Assembly (NCBI RefSeq): GCF_001194135.2
Contig: NC_069003.1
Coordinates: 3,591,173 to 3,654,331, forward strand
DNA: 63,159 nt
Direction of reading: 5' to 3'
Source: Octopus bimaculoides
Taxonomy: Eukaryota
The notes beneath the pieces are model-generated. The model had not been told where the DNA came from, ran no database searches, and saw nothing but the letters and a program-made list of their open reading frames with translations. Position 1 is the stretch's first letter. Each line of letters opens with the position of its first letter. The position numbers were made by a program, and so were the translations under genes. This document shows positions 13,638 through 26,567 of the stretch, in pieces.

Positions 13638-14245
13638 GTATATAGTTATACGGAATGACTGCCGCAAGATTTGAGACAATCTCTCAAATTACCAAGTCAA
13701 TTATTCACCATTATCGATTCGCTAAAACTAAATATTATTTAGCACCATATATCAGATGCAAGCAGTTTAAATTCTTAAGATGAAGTGATATCTTTCATCC
13801 TCTCATTACAAAACACATCATTATTGAGGAAGACCTTACAAAAAGAGCCTCTACCTAGCTGTTTGTCATGCCAGTAATAGAAGTTCGATTTCCAACATTG
13901 TCTTAAAAAGTAATATATTAAATATCGTCGTCTCTCCAAGCCAAATCAGTTAAGCTGTACTCAAAGGTGCGTTACTTTTCGTTAAATAACAACTACACGG
14001 GAATTACTGTTGTCTTAAACAACAGCATTATGCTCCTCACCGCCTCTACCACCACCTGCAATGCCAACATCACCGGTACCAGCTACGCCACCACCGTCAC
14101 AAGCACCACTACTACTACCGCCGGGGTCGAAAAAATCTATCGCCATTTGAATACGGGCTTGATAATATTGACTAAGTCACCTCCCCTCAAAATTGCTTTT
14201 TTTTGTACCTGAACTAAAAGCAATTATATCTAATTCTTCAAAGAG

Positions 14246-14440
14246 GAGACGCGTGGCTAAGTGGTTAGGCGGTTGGACTCATGATCGTAAGATTGTGGTT
14301 TCGATTCTAGGACCAGGTGATGCGATGTGTTCTTTTGCGAAACACTTCGTTTCACATTACATCAGTCCACTCGGCTGGCAAAACTTAGTAATCATGCAGC
14401 GGACCGGCGTCAGGTTCAGTGCCGAAAAACCAGTCTTGTG
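14246..14440 (+). mobile_element. SINE family B (tRNA head plus CORE-like domain), variant tail
   Basis: GCGTGGCTAAGTGGTTAG (A box), GTTTCGATTC (B box), then TGTGTTCTTT...CAGTCCACTCGGCTGGCAAAA as in 24095-24400 and 58860-59168. Confidence 0.8.
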
Positions 14441-16069
14441 AGCATATAGTTCGGAAAGAGCCTTTGATTCTGTTTTTGAAAGAGAAGTTGAGATACTTTA
14501 GATGTGTTCTTCGATAGACTATACTCGTAAAATATTCGGGATGGCCACGGCGGAATTGTATTTCATTGAACAGGATTTAAAAAGGAAATATAGCAAAAAC
14601 TGCATTTCCAGCCACCGAATGAAACTCTTTGATGCATACATTTACAAACCATACAACGATGTCATGCATGTCCGACCTATTAATATGGTTATTGAAGACC
14701 AAAGGGAGCGAATAAAAAAAAAGGTACTTAAGCGACGTTGATATAAAAAATTATGCATGTTTCTGAGAAAATCATGTATATATGTGTCTGTGTATGTCTA
14801 CGTGTGCAAGTAGCTATGCACTGGTACGTTAGAATTAGTATGGCATGCGTGTATGTGTACAGGTATGTGGAAAGAAGCACGAAGCTGCTGCACATGGGTG
14901 CATTTTAGTGTGTATGTGTGAGAGGTGTTTAGACGAGGTGAGAAGTGATTAGCTTTTGATAATGTTGGAAATTTATGCATTTGTGTGGCCAAAAAATGAT
15001 TGATGTTTTAATATAATAGTTAGTGATCTGTGTGTCGGTAAATTGCGTACATACCAACCCCAATAAGGACTAAGAACTATTAAACTCTACATCAGTTATA
15101 TCAAGAGAAACGGTACATTATATAACTACTGTATAACTACTATATAAACATAGTGTTGTAAAGCATTTTAAACTTAATCGTCCATTAAAAAATATTATAG
15201 AAATGGACAGAAATTGCGTGTAGTTCCTGAAGAGCCATATAAAAATGTGCTATTAGTTCAATCAAATCACACACAATAACAAAGTATGTCTATTCTCATG
15301 TGGTGCAAATAAATGTTATATATCACCAAAGAAGCGGCGGATAAACAAACTGGCTTTTGTGAAAATCCAGTGCCTAGATAGGATCTATAGTATATGTTTC
15401 TCATCTCATACACATCAACGAGTTACACAAGTATTGTTAAGAGCTTTCTCCCGAGCGTCTTACGTCAACACGTCAACTCATTTCGTCGTAACTCCAAAAA
15501 GCAAAGCAAAAAAGAATCTACATTACTTACTAAATACATTGAGAATCAAACAGAAAAGACCACAAGCAAGGTGTGTTAGTTTAAGTAGTTTCATAAACTA
15601 CAATATATGAACGTCCACACTACCACACTTGAAACGTACCTGTCAGAACTCTTTACCTCGATTTGAATGTTCGTGAAGATATTTAGAATTCCCAAACTTA
15701 TTTCTGCAAATGTGCTAAGCACTGATGCTGATCATAGTTTAATCAATAAGCATAGGAGCGAGGTAAATGCAGTAAAAATAGGTGGAGTTAATAGGGTCTC
15801 ATTTAAGCAGCCCTTCAGAAATTGAACCTCCTTACGATAATCCCTGGGAGATCATGGTATGAAATTCATTGTCATTTCTCCGATCTGGTCGCCGATGCCA
15901 TGTATTTATTTTAACACACAGAAAAAATAGGGGGTAGTGAAGCCCCAATTAAGCGGCCCTTAAAAAATAGCCTCCCTTAGTATATTCCTTGGAATTAGGG
16001 GAGTTGCTAGGAGAAGGTAACCAACATATAAACGTAACGGACAAAGAAACATCACTCAAATTTATATTA

Positions 16070-16108
<39 letters not shown>

Positions 16109-17497
16109 NNNNNNNNNNNNNNNNNNNNNNNNNNNNNNNNNNNNNNNNNNNNNNNNNNNNNNNNNNNNNNNNNNNNNNNNNNNNNNNNNNNNNNNNNNNN
16201 NNNNNNNNNNNNNNNNNNNNNNNNNNNNNNNNNNNNNNNNNNNNNNNNNNNNNNNNNNNNNNNNNNNNNNNNNNNNNNNNNNNNNNNNNNNNNNNNNNNN
16301 NNNNNNNNNNNNNNNNNNNNNNNNNNNNNNNNNNNNNNNNNNNNNNNNNNNNNNNNNNNNNNNNNNNNNNNNNNNNNNNNNNNNNNNNNNNNNNNNNNNN
16401 NNNNNNNNNNNNNNNNNNNNNNNNNNNNNNNNNAGAGAAAAGATCGCGAATAATTTTCAAGCTGTACATGTTTAAGCACCAGCAACTACTTTAGAATACA
16501 TTAAGGTAACTTAGCATCAGTCTTACAAGAAAACCTCATATCCATATCCCTCCTACGCCACGCATAAACGATGTCAATACAACGTCTGGTTTTCTTGATA
16601 TATTCCTAAAGTCTTCTCGGTTGACTTTTAAATTGGCGCTCGCAACCCGTGAACACATACTGTCTGAAGGGAAAGCAATTATTTGGTAGTAAACTCAATG
16701 CAATTTAAATAAACCAATAACGCTTATGGTCCTGGTAATCCTGTTGATAGTGCATAAAAATTAAACACGTGTACGCGTACTCGCAACACCCAGATACGTG
16801 TACAGACTCAAACACACGCGCCTACACAGATACACATACCCCTCGATATTCGACTGTATGCAAGGACACTGATCCTTCTAGAGAGTACTACCGGCATACA
16901 AACATACATAATACATGTATATATAAATGTGTGTGTGTGTGAGTACGTGTGTATATATATATATACACATATATAGAAAGATAATATACACAAATATATA
17001 CATATATATACTACATATATATACGTATATATATATATATACATGCACACTAGGTCATACACTTTGTATGTGTATATGTCCGTACCTGTGTCACCGTTTA
17101 CATTGTCTCAGCGCACACATTTGGACATAAATGTTTCCATGTCCAAATGCGTGAAGCACTTAAACGGAGATGAATCAATACGACCGAATAAATGCCATCC
17201 GTCAACTGACTGACATCGATGCACTTTCGAATTTTGTAATTTCTTCACTACATGTTACATCAGGTGTTCTAGCATAACACAGACCAATATGTTTCAGTAA
17301 TTGTAATCGCTTATTTGAATATAAGCAAAAGAAAGCAGAGGTTATAAAACACAACAATTGTCTGGATGTGATATCTTTTAGCTATCTGAGTTACTGATTT
17401 CAATAGAGATATAATGTTACATATGGAAATATCTTCGAGCTAAATTAAAAACATTGATAGCGTAGGAATTTATGTGTTCACCCGACAATATTGAATA

Positions 17498-17580
17498 AGG
17501 CGGCGAGCTGGCAGAAACGTTAGCGCGCCGGGCGAAATGCTTACGGGTATTTCGTCTGCCGTTACGTTCTACCTCAAATG
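17498..17580 (+). mobile_element. SINE family A, 5' part
   Basis: GGCGGCGAGCTGGCAGAAACGTTAGCGCGCCGGGCGAAATGCTTACGGGTATTTCGTCTGCCGTTACGTTC. Confidence 0.85.
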
Positions 17581-18589
17581 ATAGTTTATTGATTGACACA
17601 AGGCATGCATTCAACTACAAAATTGTGCTAAAGCCATAATAAGAGCTGCAAGGGTTAAGATAACTGTGTGTTTAAGAAATACATGTATTTTGTAAAACAA
17701 ACAAAAATATTGTTTGAAATTGCGATTAGGAACTATGACAAATCTGTAGTCAGAAACTTTCAAGTGAAGATGAGTTTCTAAGAATGGTTATATATATGTA
17801 TATATATATATATATATATNNNNNNNNNNNNNNNNNNNNNNNNNNNNNNNNNNNNNNNNNNNNNNNNNNNNNNNNNNNNNNNNNNNNNNNNNNNNNNNNN
17901 NNNNNNNNNNNNNNNNNNNNNNNNNNNNNNNNNNNNNNNNNNNNNNNNNNNNNNNNNNNNNNNNNNNNNNNNNNNNNNNNNNNNNNNNNNNNNNNNNNNN
18001 NNNNNNNNNNNNNNNNNNNNNNNNNNNNNNNNNNNNNNNNNNNNNNNNNNNNNNNNNNNNNNNNNNNNNNNNNNNNNNNNNNNNNNNNNNNNNNNNNNNN
18101 NNNNNNNNNNNNNNNNNNNNNNNNNNNNNNNNNNNNNNNNNNNNNNNNNNNNNNNNNNNNNNNNNNNNNNNNNNNNNNNNNNNNNNNNNNNNNNNNNNNN
18201 NNNNNNNNNNNNNNNNNNNNNNNNNNNNNNNNNNNNNNNNNNNNNNNNNNNNNNNNNNNNNNNNNNNNNNNNNNNNNNNNNNNNNNNNNNNNNNNNNNNN
18301 NNNNNNNNNNNNNNNNNNNNNNNNNNNNNNNNNNNNNNNNNNNNNNNNNNNNNNNNNNNNNNNNNNNNNNNNNNNNNNNNNNNNNNNNNNNNNNNNNNNN
18401 NNNNNNNNNNNNNNNNNNNNNNNNNNNNNNNNNNNNNNNNNNNNNNNNNNNNNNNNNNNNNNNNNNNNNNNNNNNNNNNNNNNNNNNNNNAGAAAGAAAA
18501 CAAAAACATTATGTTCGAAGAAAGTAAATATAATACCAAATATAAAATGACAGAGGCTGAAATAACAGAGTGTTGGAAGGAGAAGTGGG

Positions 18590-18840
18590 AACTGTGAAGA
18601 GGCTAAAGACTCTGCTAGCAATGGGGCTACACGATGCCATGGTAAACAATGGCCAGAAACGGTTGTATGTATGAATTCGTTGGAAAGAAATAAACGGGAT
18701 ACAAATCAACTAAGATACGTCGTAACATTGGCTGGAAGTCATTGGACTCAATGGAGAAGGTGGAAAAAATCATCATTGTAGCACAGGAACAAGATCTTCT
18801 CGCCAGAATTCACTAAAGTAATCACTTAAGGAAAGACTAT
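18590..18840 (+). mobile_element. Internal fragment of an R4/Dong-type LINE ORF (region between RT and zinc knuckle)
   Basis: Frameshifted HWLEVIGLNGE / VEKIIIVAQEQDLLARIH*SNHLRK resembles the R4 segment WL...GL..E.E..I.AAQ.Q.L.TR.Y. Lies just after an N-gap. Confidence 0.6.
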
Positions 18841-20534
18841 TACCTCAGATTTCAGACAGCAAAATAGAAAAACAGCAAAAGATATGCCTCTGGGCGTTAT
18901 TAAACTGTGCAAAACAGCAAATATTTCATTAAACGTTGATATTGTCCTTGTGGAATTGGGCATTGTTGTAAAATTGACCAGTTCCAACGTTTCTTTTTGT
19001 GTTTTTCTCAAAATGACATTTCTGACTATGAGTAGCAATGTTTAGATCACGATATCTCCGAGAATAATTGGTGTATTAAGCTGAGTGTTTGTACGTGTAC
19101 TACTCTGATGTTTGCCTAGGTTTTGTTTTAGTATGGTTAGATTCAATTCATTTGTTTATCTTCCAGAAACTCTTGAATACTACTACCCAGGAGTGAAAAA
19201 CGCTTCAAGTGCTGCACATGGCTATGAATGACTCCACAACGAACTCTAGGCCAACTCTATCATTGTCTTTGATTCAGCATTTTGCCTGTACCCCAATCTG
19301 TTGGCATTCCAAGTTAGGCCACCTTTTTACGCCTAATACTGAGGGGGTCATTGGTACTATTTCAGTTTTGCTGAGCTACTCATTAAGCAATTGGTTGGTC
19401 CACTAATCGCTTGGCTTACGTTAGTGTGTTCTGTTTCCTCGGTTAGAGGAAATTTGCATAACGGAACATTGCATAACGTTACTCAAGTTATACACCTTTC
19501 CTGAATGACAAGTGTCGTTAATGAGAAGGCGTGCTAATGAAGATACTAGCTAATGAGAAATCTTACTAATGAGAAAGCAGAATAATAGGAAAGAATAACA
19601 ATGGACCTCAATGATGTTGATCAATCAGCTAAAAATAAATTGCCAAAATTACTCCCCTCAAATCGAAACCCCCTCCCCGTGTACATAATGGAACGAATAC
19701 AATCAACCTACCTGAAAATAGAGCAACAAAGTCATTCGATTTGCTAGACATAACAGTCGAAATCTCAAATTATATCACACTTCGTCGCAATTACATAATC
19801 GTTTATATATATATATATTATATATACAGATATGTATATATGAATATACATACATGCACAAACACGCGTACACACACGTAGTTGGCTTTATATTTGTTCA
19901 TGTTAAGCCCGCTTTTTTTTTCTTTTGTTAATAGGATGCCAACTGTTTCTCATCACTTCTGATGTTGTCCGGAAGAAAAACAAACGAACGAAGATTAAAA
20001 CCAGATTCGTTGACAAACTCAGACACGCACCGGGACAACTACCGCTAGATATTTTGTACGGCATGTTCACCATCACCGTCTCACAAAGTTTATCAATTTA
20101 GAACTGGCAAGAGGCCAAATTTGCACTGTCAGATTTGAGCTCCAATGTCAATACACAGAAAATATACTGCAAGACGTTTTGTTCAATAATTTATCAAATC
20201 TAAGCTTAGTATAATATTTCATTCTATCGATACTGGAGGAACAAACGCAGATTTGACCTCGAAGAGAATTGGTCTCAAAAAGTTAAGATCCAGCGGAACA
20301 AACAATACAAAGCGTTTTATTTTATTTATATATTTTTTGGCAACGCTCTATCGATTTTCCCACACCAACAATTGGACATTGCGTCTCCTCTTGACTCAAA
20401 TGCCAATTCTTGTAATTCAAACTTCACAACTAAATATTTCTGTCTTCGATTTTATTGTATAAATATATTACGAATAAAAAAAGATGAAATTTTGTGAGTT
20501 GTTACATCGTTACGGGTAACTGATGGATATTTTA

Positions 20535-20645
20535 CGAGGGGTGTATGAAACGTTTTGAGCCTTGACGTCTTGTACCTTCATCAGAAATCTTGTACCATGT
20601 TTTTTTTCGAGGGGGGGAGGCTCAAGCCTTTTCGTACACACCTCG
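20535..20645. mobile_element. 111-bp mariner-type MITE with ~28-bp imperfect TIRs and TA target duplication
   Basis: TA|CGAGGGGTGTATGAAACGTTTTGAGCCT ... AGGCTCAAGCCTTTTCGTACACACCTCG|TA; TA at 20533-20534 and 20646-20647. Confidence 0.85.
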
Positions 20646-20784
20646 TAATTTATCGAACCCGACTTTTAAAGTTAACCTAAATGGGATTTGAAACGAGAGC
20701 GTAAAGAACAGGAACAAATATTTCATCCTACACACTAACCAATCTACCAACCTCAATTATCTTTATTTTTACTATTAATTGTAC

Positions 20785-21020
20785 TGAAAGCGGCATTTTC
20801 CCGTATTTGCGTTATGACTTCAAATTTCGCTGAGGCCGACTTTACCTTTCATTCTTTCGAAGTCGATAAAATACCAGTTGACTACTGATATAATCNNNNN
20901 NNNNNTTTTTTTTTTTTTTTCTGGAGGGGGCGATAAATTAAGTACTCATCAAGTGCTGAAATTGATGTAATCAGCTTCCCCTCCCCTCAAAACCGCTGGT
21001 TTAGTACCACAATTTGAAAC
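20785..21020 (+). mobile_element. SINE family A, decayed, spanning a small gap
   Basis: TTCAAATTTCGCTGAGGCCGACTTTACCTTTCATTCTTTCGAAGTCGATAAAATACCAG and tail CCCCTCCCCTCAAA...CCACAATTTGAAAC. Confidence 0.7.
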
Positions 21021-21624
21021 TGTTCCTAATCGTATGACATAAAAAATATTACTTCTCTAGTAAACACAAAAAAAAAAGCAGTTTAGTTTAATGAAAGAGG
21101 CGTCAGGTTTAGTTCGAAAGTGACCGTTGAGTAGAAAAGACAAAAAAGCAGGATTTTTCTTATGATGTATTACATGCTTTAGAAAGGAGAGTCAAAGTTT
21201 TATGCGTAACCTGTTGGAAGAAATTTAGATAAATATTTATCATGCTTATACATCAGATTTATTGATTGTTTCTTACTTAACAATCAGCAATGTTTCTTGG
21301 CGTCGTAGCCGAGAGGGTGACGAAATGCAGACAACTTTATCATTCCGATTAGCCAGAAAGTATGCTTGTGTTATCTTGTGTAGGGACGTTAGTTCTACTA
21401 CAACTACTACAGTATACACAAAAACTAAACCAGTTATTTATCGAAACTAATGTCTCAAATACATTTCCCCACGAAATTGAATTACTAATAATTCATGACT
21501 GGAAACAAATGTTACGCAAACATTAAATTACTAACAATTTGGCATACCTCTTTGTTGGAATAATGTCATAGAATAGCATTTGCATTTTTTTAAAGTAAGA
21601 TACACAATAACTGGACATTGCGCA

Positions 21625-21655
<31 letters not shown>

Positions 21656-22405
21656 TAAGTGATCAGAATGTAGCTCTCACGATCGCAAGGTATGTATGTA
21701 AGTATAGATGTTTATTTTTATGTCGTGTTTCAATAAAAATGTCGAATTCAACTGAAAAATTACGCAAGGCTCTCTTTGTCATAGATTACATATTTATTAT
21801 ACTTTACAAGAATATGGTTGACAGTTGTTAGGCGTTTCGGATTGACAGCCTTCGTCGAATTGTTTTACGAAAGCTGGTGGTAAGTCGAAACTTCGAACTC
21901 ACTGTCATCTTCCTCTTTGTAAACGTAAACACACACCCACATATACACACGCACACACACGCATAAATACTGTGAGTATATATCTGCATATATATATATA
22001 TATATGGATGGATAGATAAACTTTCAGTTATTTCAGGAGAATTTAACATAAAGAAAAGAAAAGGGGGGAAAATAAGTGTGGATGGAGGTGGTTTATCGGT
22101 GCAGAGCGCTGATTTCTCTGAAGTGAATATCTCAAATATAGCATTGAAATAAAATGGATAGCGGTCATTGTTAATTGAGAATTAATTTTGCTATTTAAGT
22201 TTACGAAATAAAATTTCATTATGTAACTGAAATCATTCAAGAATTTTTTGGGAAATAAAGGTCAAATATAGTCGGAGGTATATCTTTAAAAGGTCATGTT
22301 AGAATGTATATGATTAAAACGGTCTTTCTAGTTTTACTATTTTGAAGTTCAGCATTAAAAGAAATATTTTTATCTGAACATTTGTAGACGTACATAACCT
22401 CGTCG

Positions 22406-22585
22406 TGGCACTCCGTCGGTTACGACGATGAGGGTCCCAGCTGATACGATCAACGGAACAGCCTGCTCGTAAAATTAACGTGCAAGTGGCTGAGCACTCC
22501 ACAGACACTGCTATCTATAATGTAGTTCACGGGGAGATTCAGCGTGACACAGAGTGTGTCAAGGCTGGCCCTTTGAAACACAGCT
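22406..22585 (-). mobile_element. SINE family B, 3' half
   Basis: GCACTCCGTCGGTTACGACGATGAGGGTCCCAGCTGAT...GTGGCTGAGCACTCCACAGACAC...GCTGGCCCTTTGAAA matches 38670-38966. Confidence 0.9.
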
Positions 22586-22659
22586 AGAGAAACAGGAAGA
22601 CAGAGTGAGATAAAGTTATAGTGAAAGAGTACAGTAGGGTTCACGACCACCTCCAACCG

Positions 22660-22810
22660 GAGCTTGACAATCGATGCTGGTGTGTTTACGTCCTCGTAAC
22701 TTAGCAGTTCGGCAAAAAGAGACCGACAGGCTTACAAACAATAATTCCGGGGATCGATTTGTGCCACTAAAGGCCGCAGTCAAGTGACTGATACAACTAA
22801 AAGAATGAAA
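22660..22810 (+). mobile_element. SINE family C, 3' tail
   Basis: GCTTGACAATCGATGCTGGTGTGTTTACGTC...GTTCGGCAAAAAGAGACCGA...GCCGCAGTCAAGTGACTGA is the reverse complement of the family C tail. Confidence 0.8.
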
Positions 22811-24094
22811 GAACCTTCTACATGAATAAACCACTTATTTCTCCTGATATTTGTTTTATAACTTCTACGGACTGCTCGAAGCTTACTAACTTCCTACACT
22901 TTGATCTTTGAATCTTACATTCACACACACACACACACACACTCTCNNNNNNNNNNCTCTCTCACACATACATACACGCAACACATATATATGCGCGGTC
23001 ACGCACACACACACATACACACACACACACAAACGCACGCACATATGTATACGTACATATTCGCACGCATGTGCTCACATCCAAAAATCAAAGCGCTAAT
23101 AGTGATTTATTTTAACATTTCTATGATTAATACGCCGAAATAATTTATTTTAAACGCTACTTCATCACCGAGTGATTGTATTTTATCTGGAGTGTATGTT
23201 AGATTCCCAACAATACTATCGGTTAATCTTCTCAAAACAATCCAGTTATTTACAGTTTGTGCCCACACGCTGCGCAAATCTGAATTACAAGTGGTTCCTC
23301 ACAATATGAAAGAAGTATAACGAGCCGAGTTTATCAATCTTTTCAATCAACCAACGGAATACCGATACGGTAATAGCACCTGAGCACGTGATACCTAAGG
23401 ATAAAACAGAGGAACTGTTGGATATGATATTAATAAAACTGACATAACGCTATGGAACACCTGCACATGCTATTACAGAAATGATGCGATAAATTTGATA
23501 AAGAAATACCAGAGAAACATTCCCCAGGGATTCCGTTTGTGTAAGGAATACAGAGATAAATTGGGAACCAGCATATAAAATGAAGAGAGCTGAAATAGAA
23601 TGTGTAATATATTCAAATTACCTCAGTAACAGAAAATAAATCATAAGAATTAATAATTAAGAAATGGTGAATAAAATAACATTGTACAGTATGCAACTGT
23701 GTTTTAAATAGTTTAAAAACTGATCAATTGACTGTGTACAGAAATTCGAAAACGTTGGAGAGAATAACGTTAGGTGTTCGTATTCAACAGAGCTGGTGTC
23801 TTGAACTACAATTCAAAATTAACAATGTGAGAGTTTGGTAATTACATTTAGTATGGAAAGGACGACGATTAGTAATACATCGACGTTGAAATAAAATGGT
23901 CTTCTGCTATTTAGAAGCAACTATATAAGTTTTGTATTCCGTTGAAATACGGTACCATTGAGTTATAGAACGGACAATAATCAACATGGAATTTAGAGAA
24001 GCATAACTTGGAGGATTGGCAGAAATGTTCGAGTTGAACGAAATATGATTCATGTTGATTTACGGTTTTTACCATCTATCCCTCATTGTATTTA

Positions 24095-24400
24095 GGCTAC
24101 ATGGCTTAGGAGTTAATGTATTCAGCTCACGATCGTAGGGTTGTGAGCGCATCGAGTCGTTGAGCAAGGTATTTTATTTCACACCGTCCCAGTCCTCTCA
24201 TCTGGCAAAAATGAGTTGTACCTATATTTCAAAGGGGCCTGCCTTGTCACACTCTGTGTCACGCTGAATCTCCTTGAGAACTACGTTAAGGGTTCACGTG
24301 TCTGTGGAGTACTCAGCCACTTGCACGTTAATTTCACGAACAAGCGCTCTTCTGTTGATCGGATCAACTGGAACCCTCGTCGTCGTAAACGAAGGGCTGC
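24095..24400 (+). mobile_element. SINE family B, near full-length
   Basis: GGCTCACGATCGTAGG-like head, TTGAGCAAG CORE-like segment and tail ...GGAACCCTCGTCGTCGTAAACGAAGG. Confidence 0.9.
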
Positions 24401-24412
24401 CAATTTTATATA

Positions 24413-24465
<53 letters not shown>

Positions 24466-24719
24466 ATTTTCCAGAGGAAGTAGCAACCGTTACCAATATA
24501 GCATAAGAACTTACCTTAGGGGATCGTTAACTAGATTCCTTAAGGGTCGTTCTCACAGTTTATATTTATATTATAAGGTTTTCAACTTTTAAAATTTCAT
24601 ATTCAAAAGAGACAGAGACTTCAAACTCGATATATCGATTTATTCACCACTCTTTGTTAACATTTCTGTGCCAAACTTATCCAGTGTATGTGTGTGTAAA
24701 TTGAAGAGATTTATTGTGT

Positions 24720-26131
24720 AAGGCCGGAAAAATGCGAGATGTAGAATAAACTACTAAAGGAAAGAAAACAAACAAGCTGTTGTCTTACTTTTTACTTCTA
24801 TATTTCGGGTCTATGACTCTTCTTCAGGACAGGTGAGTGATGGAAAATGCCATTGCTGACAAGTATGGCGAGGAAGGAGGCAGAAGAAAAAAATGGGCAA
24901 GTGACATATGCAGTCTGCTCCCTGTGATTCTCTCCGGTTATTTCTGATTGGTCTCAGTTTGTTTATATATATCCATACATATACATATATGTATATGCTT
25001 TCTACGTATATACTGAAAAAAAAAATGTTTTTCCAGAGGAAAAGAAGAATAAAGAATGTAAAAATAAACCTGGAAATGCTTTGAAAGAAAAATTACTTTA
25101 TAGAAATTCATATATAATTATTTTGCCGATTACCGCAAATGTTTTCGATTTTCAAAAGTAATATATTTTGGAGAATTTTATCGCAGGTGTTTTGTGTACT
25201 AGTTTGTCTCTTGGAGATTTCTTAATAACAGGTTATATTTTTCAGATTTTAAGCATTTTTGTAATAACGTCAAATGATGTGTTAGCTGTTCGGTCTGAAG
25301 GAATCTGTAAGTAAATCCTTTATTGCCGTCAATATTTAATTTGGAATTCAGATTTTCTTGTTTGTCAATGATTTCATTGATGTCTTCCTAACAATGCGTT
25401 ACGGTTTCAAATTATTATTAAAAAACCTGATGTCCCCGTTTGTTTCGCGGAACTGCGCCTTTTTCCTTTTGGGTGCCGATAGAATTAGAACACATTGAGC
25501 GCTCGTGTCGATGTCATCGCTTGATTCCTTCCCAGAACTGCTGGAGTTGTGCCAAAATTTGAAACCGATCTGTTGCTATAGCTTCTTAAGTTTTTTTTTT
25601 TTTTTATGAATATTTTATTTACTTTTATTCGTATATGATCTGTATTTTTATCAGAACATCGAAAGAATGAAAAGACTATGTATTTCGGGTTGTTGTCTGC
25701 TGCATATATCTCTAAGTGTTCATCCAGAGTACACTTTCTAATATTAGCATCTCGAATTTTTGTCCGTGAATAGTGATTCTGGTTTTTAAAGAAACTTTTT
25801 TCCTATGTAATATTTGTTGCAACCTTTATACATTATACAAAAAACCCACAGGTTGTGCTTTGAGAAAGAGGTTAAGTGACTCTTCACAGTGAGGATATCC
25901 TTCCATACGGTAGATGCAGATGCCGCAGTTAGGACAACTGCATTTTGCGACTATTGCAGTTGTTTTTGGAAGTCAATTTAGCACTTGTAACTAATTTTCT
26001 TAAAAGGTTTTGGTTGTGTTTTACCTTTAACTATCTGGAATGTTCCGCATGTATATCGCATCCTTCGGTCTTGCTTCAATAATGGGATGATTTGATGGAT
26101 TATATTGCACAGTTTTACATACCTTTGATTG
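24720..26131 (-). mobile_element. 3' remnant of a Penelope-like retroelement: GIY-YIG endonuclease region (25576-26131) plus presumed 3' region with a hammerhead motif
   Basis: Frameshifted minus-strand peptides PLLKQDRRM...IVKGKTQPK, VAKCSCPNCGICIYRMEG, and MYKGCNKYYIGKS...IRDANIRKCTLDEHLEIYA...PKYIVFSFFRC...FIKK..L* (stop 25576-25578). Cys-rich linker plus YIG is the PLE endonuclease architecture. Assigning 24720-25575 to the same element is inferred. Confidence 0.75.
24794..24832 (-). ncRNA. Minimal hammerhead ribozyme motif with intact core and degraded stem I
   Basis: Reverse complement: ctgtc CTGAAGA a gagtc-ata-gaccc GAAAT ATA gaagt. Cleavage triplet AUA, palindromic AUAU helix III, one A.C mismatch in stem II, only 2 good pairs in stem I. 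Confidence 0.55.
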
Positions 26132-26524
26132 TGGTAAGTCTCACTCTATCAGAACTCGTGAGAACTGCCCTCGCAGTAAGGAGGAACAGATATAAGAACA
26201 AGCTGGCGAACACTGGGCATCGCCTCTGTCAACCACCGACTTGATATAAAATCTAGAAACCTTCTCCAAATTGAGATTAACATGCCACGAGTAAAACTAC
26301 AGTTTAATTAGTTTAAGAGCAATTATTAACATAATGCTGTACAAATCCTCACCAAATACCCAGAGAGTCATTTGTGTATAATTAAAATTTCTTGACTTGT
26401 ATTTCGTTTATCAACAATATTATTAACTTCTATTAACCTCGCTATGGAGATTTCAATCAAATCGCGTTTCAATTATATTGGTTTGTGCGAAAGCGAATAT
26501 GAATCCGCTAAAATACACACACAC

Positions 26525-26567
<43 letters not shown>

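Noticed and set aside
17114-17153. 15-bp stem hairpin (CACACATTTGGACAT / ATGTCCAAATGCGTG) as a pre-miRNA
   Set aside because: The stem is too short for a Drosha/Dicer substrate and I recognise no conserved miRNA sequence.
21825-21895. Two opposed hammerhead-like remnants (TTCGACGAAGG..CCGAAACGCC on minus; ACGAAAGC..TCGAAAC on plus)
   Set aside because: CUGA is mutated, there is no NUH triplet and no stem I. Possibly old PLE debris but not supportable.
25186-25306. AG..GTAAGT-bounded hydrophobic open frame (GVLCTSLSLGDFL...)
   Set aside because: It lies antisense within the presumed Penelope 3' region, and T-rich DNA gives hydrophobic frames by chance.
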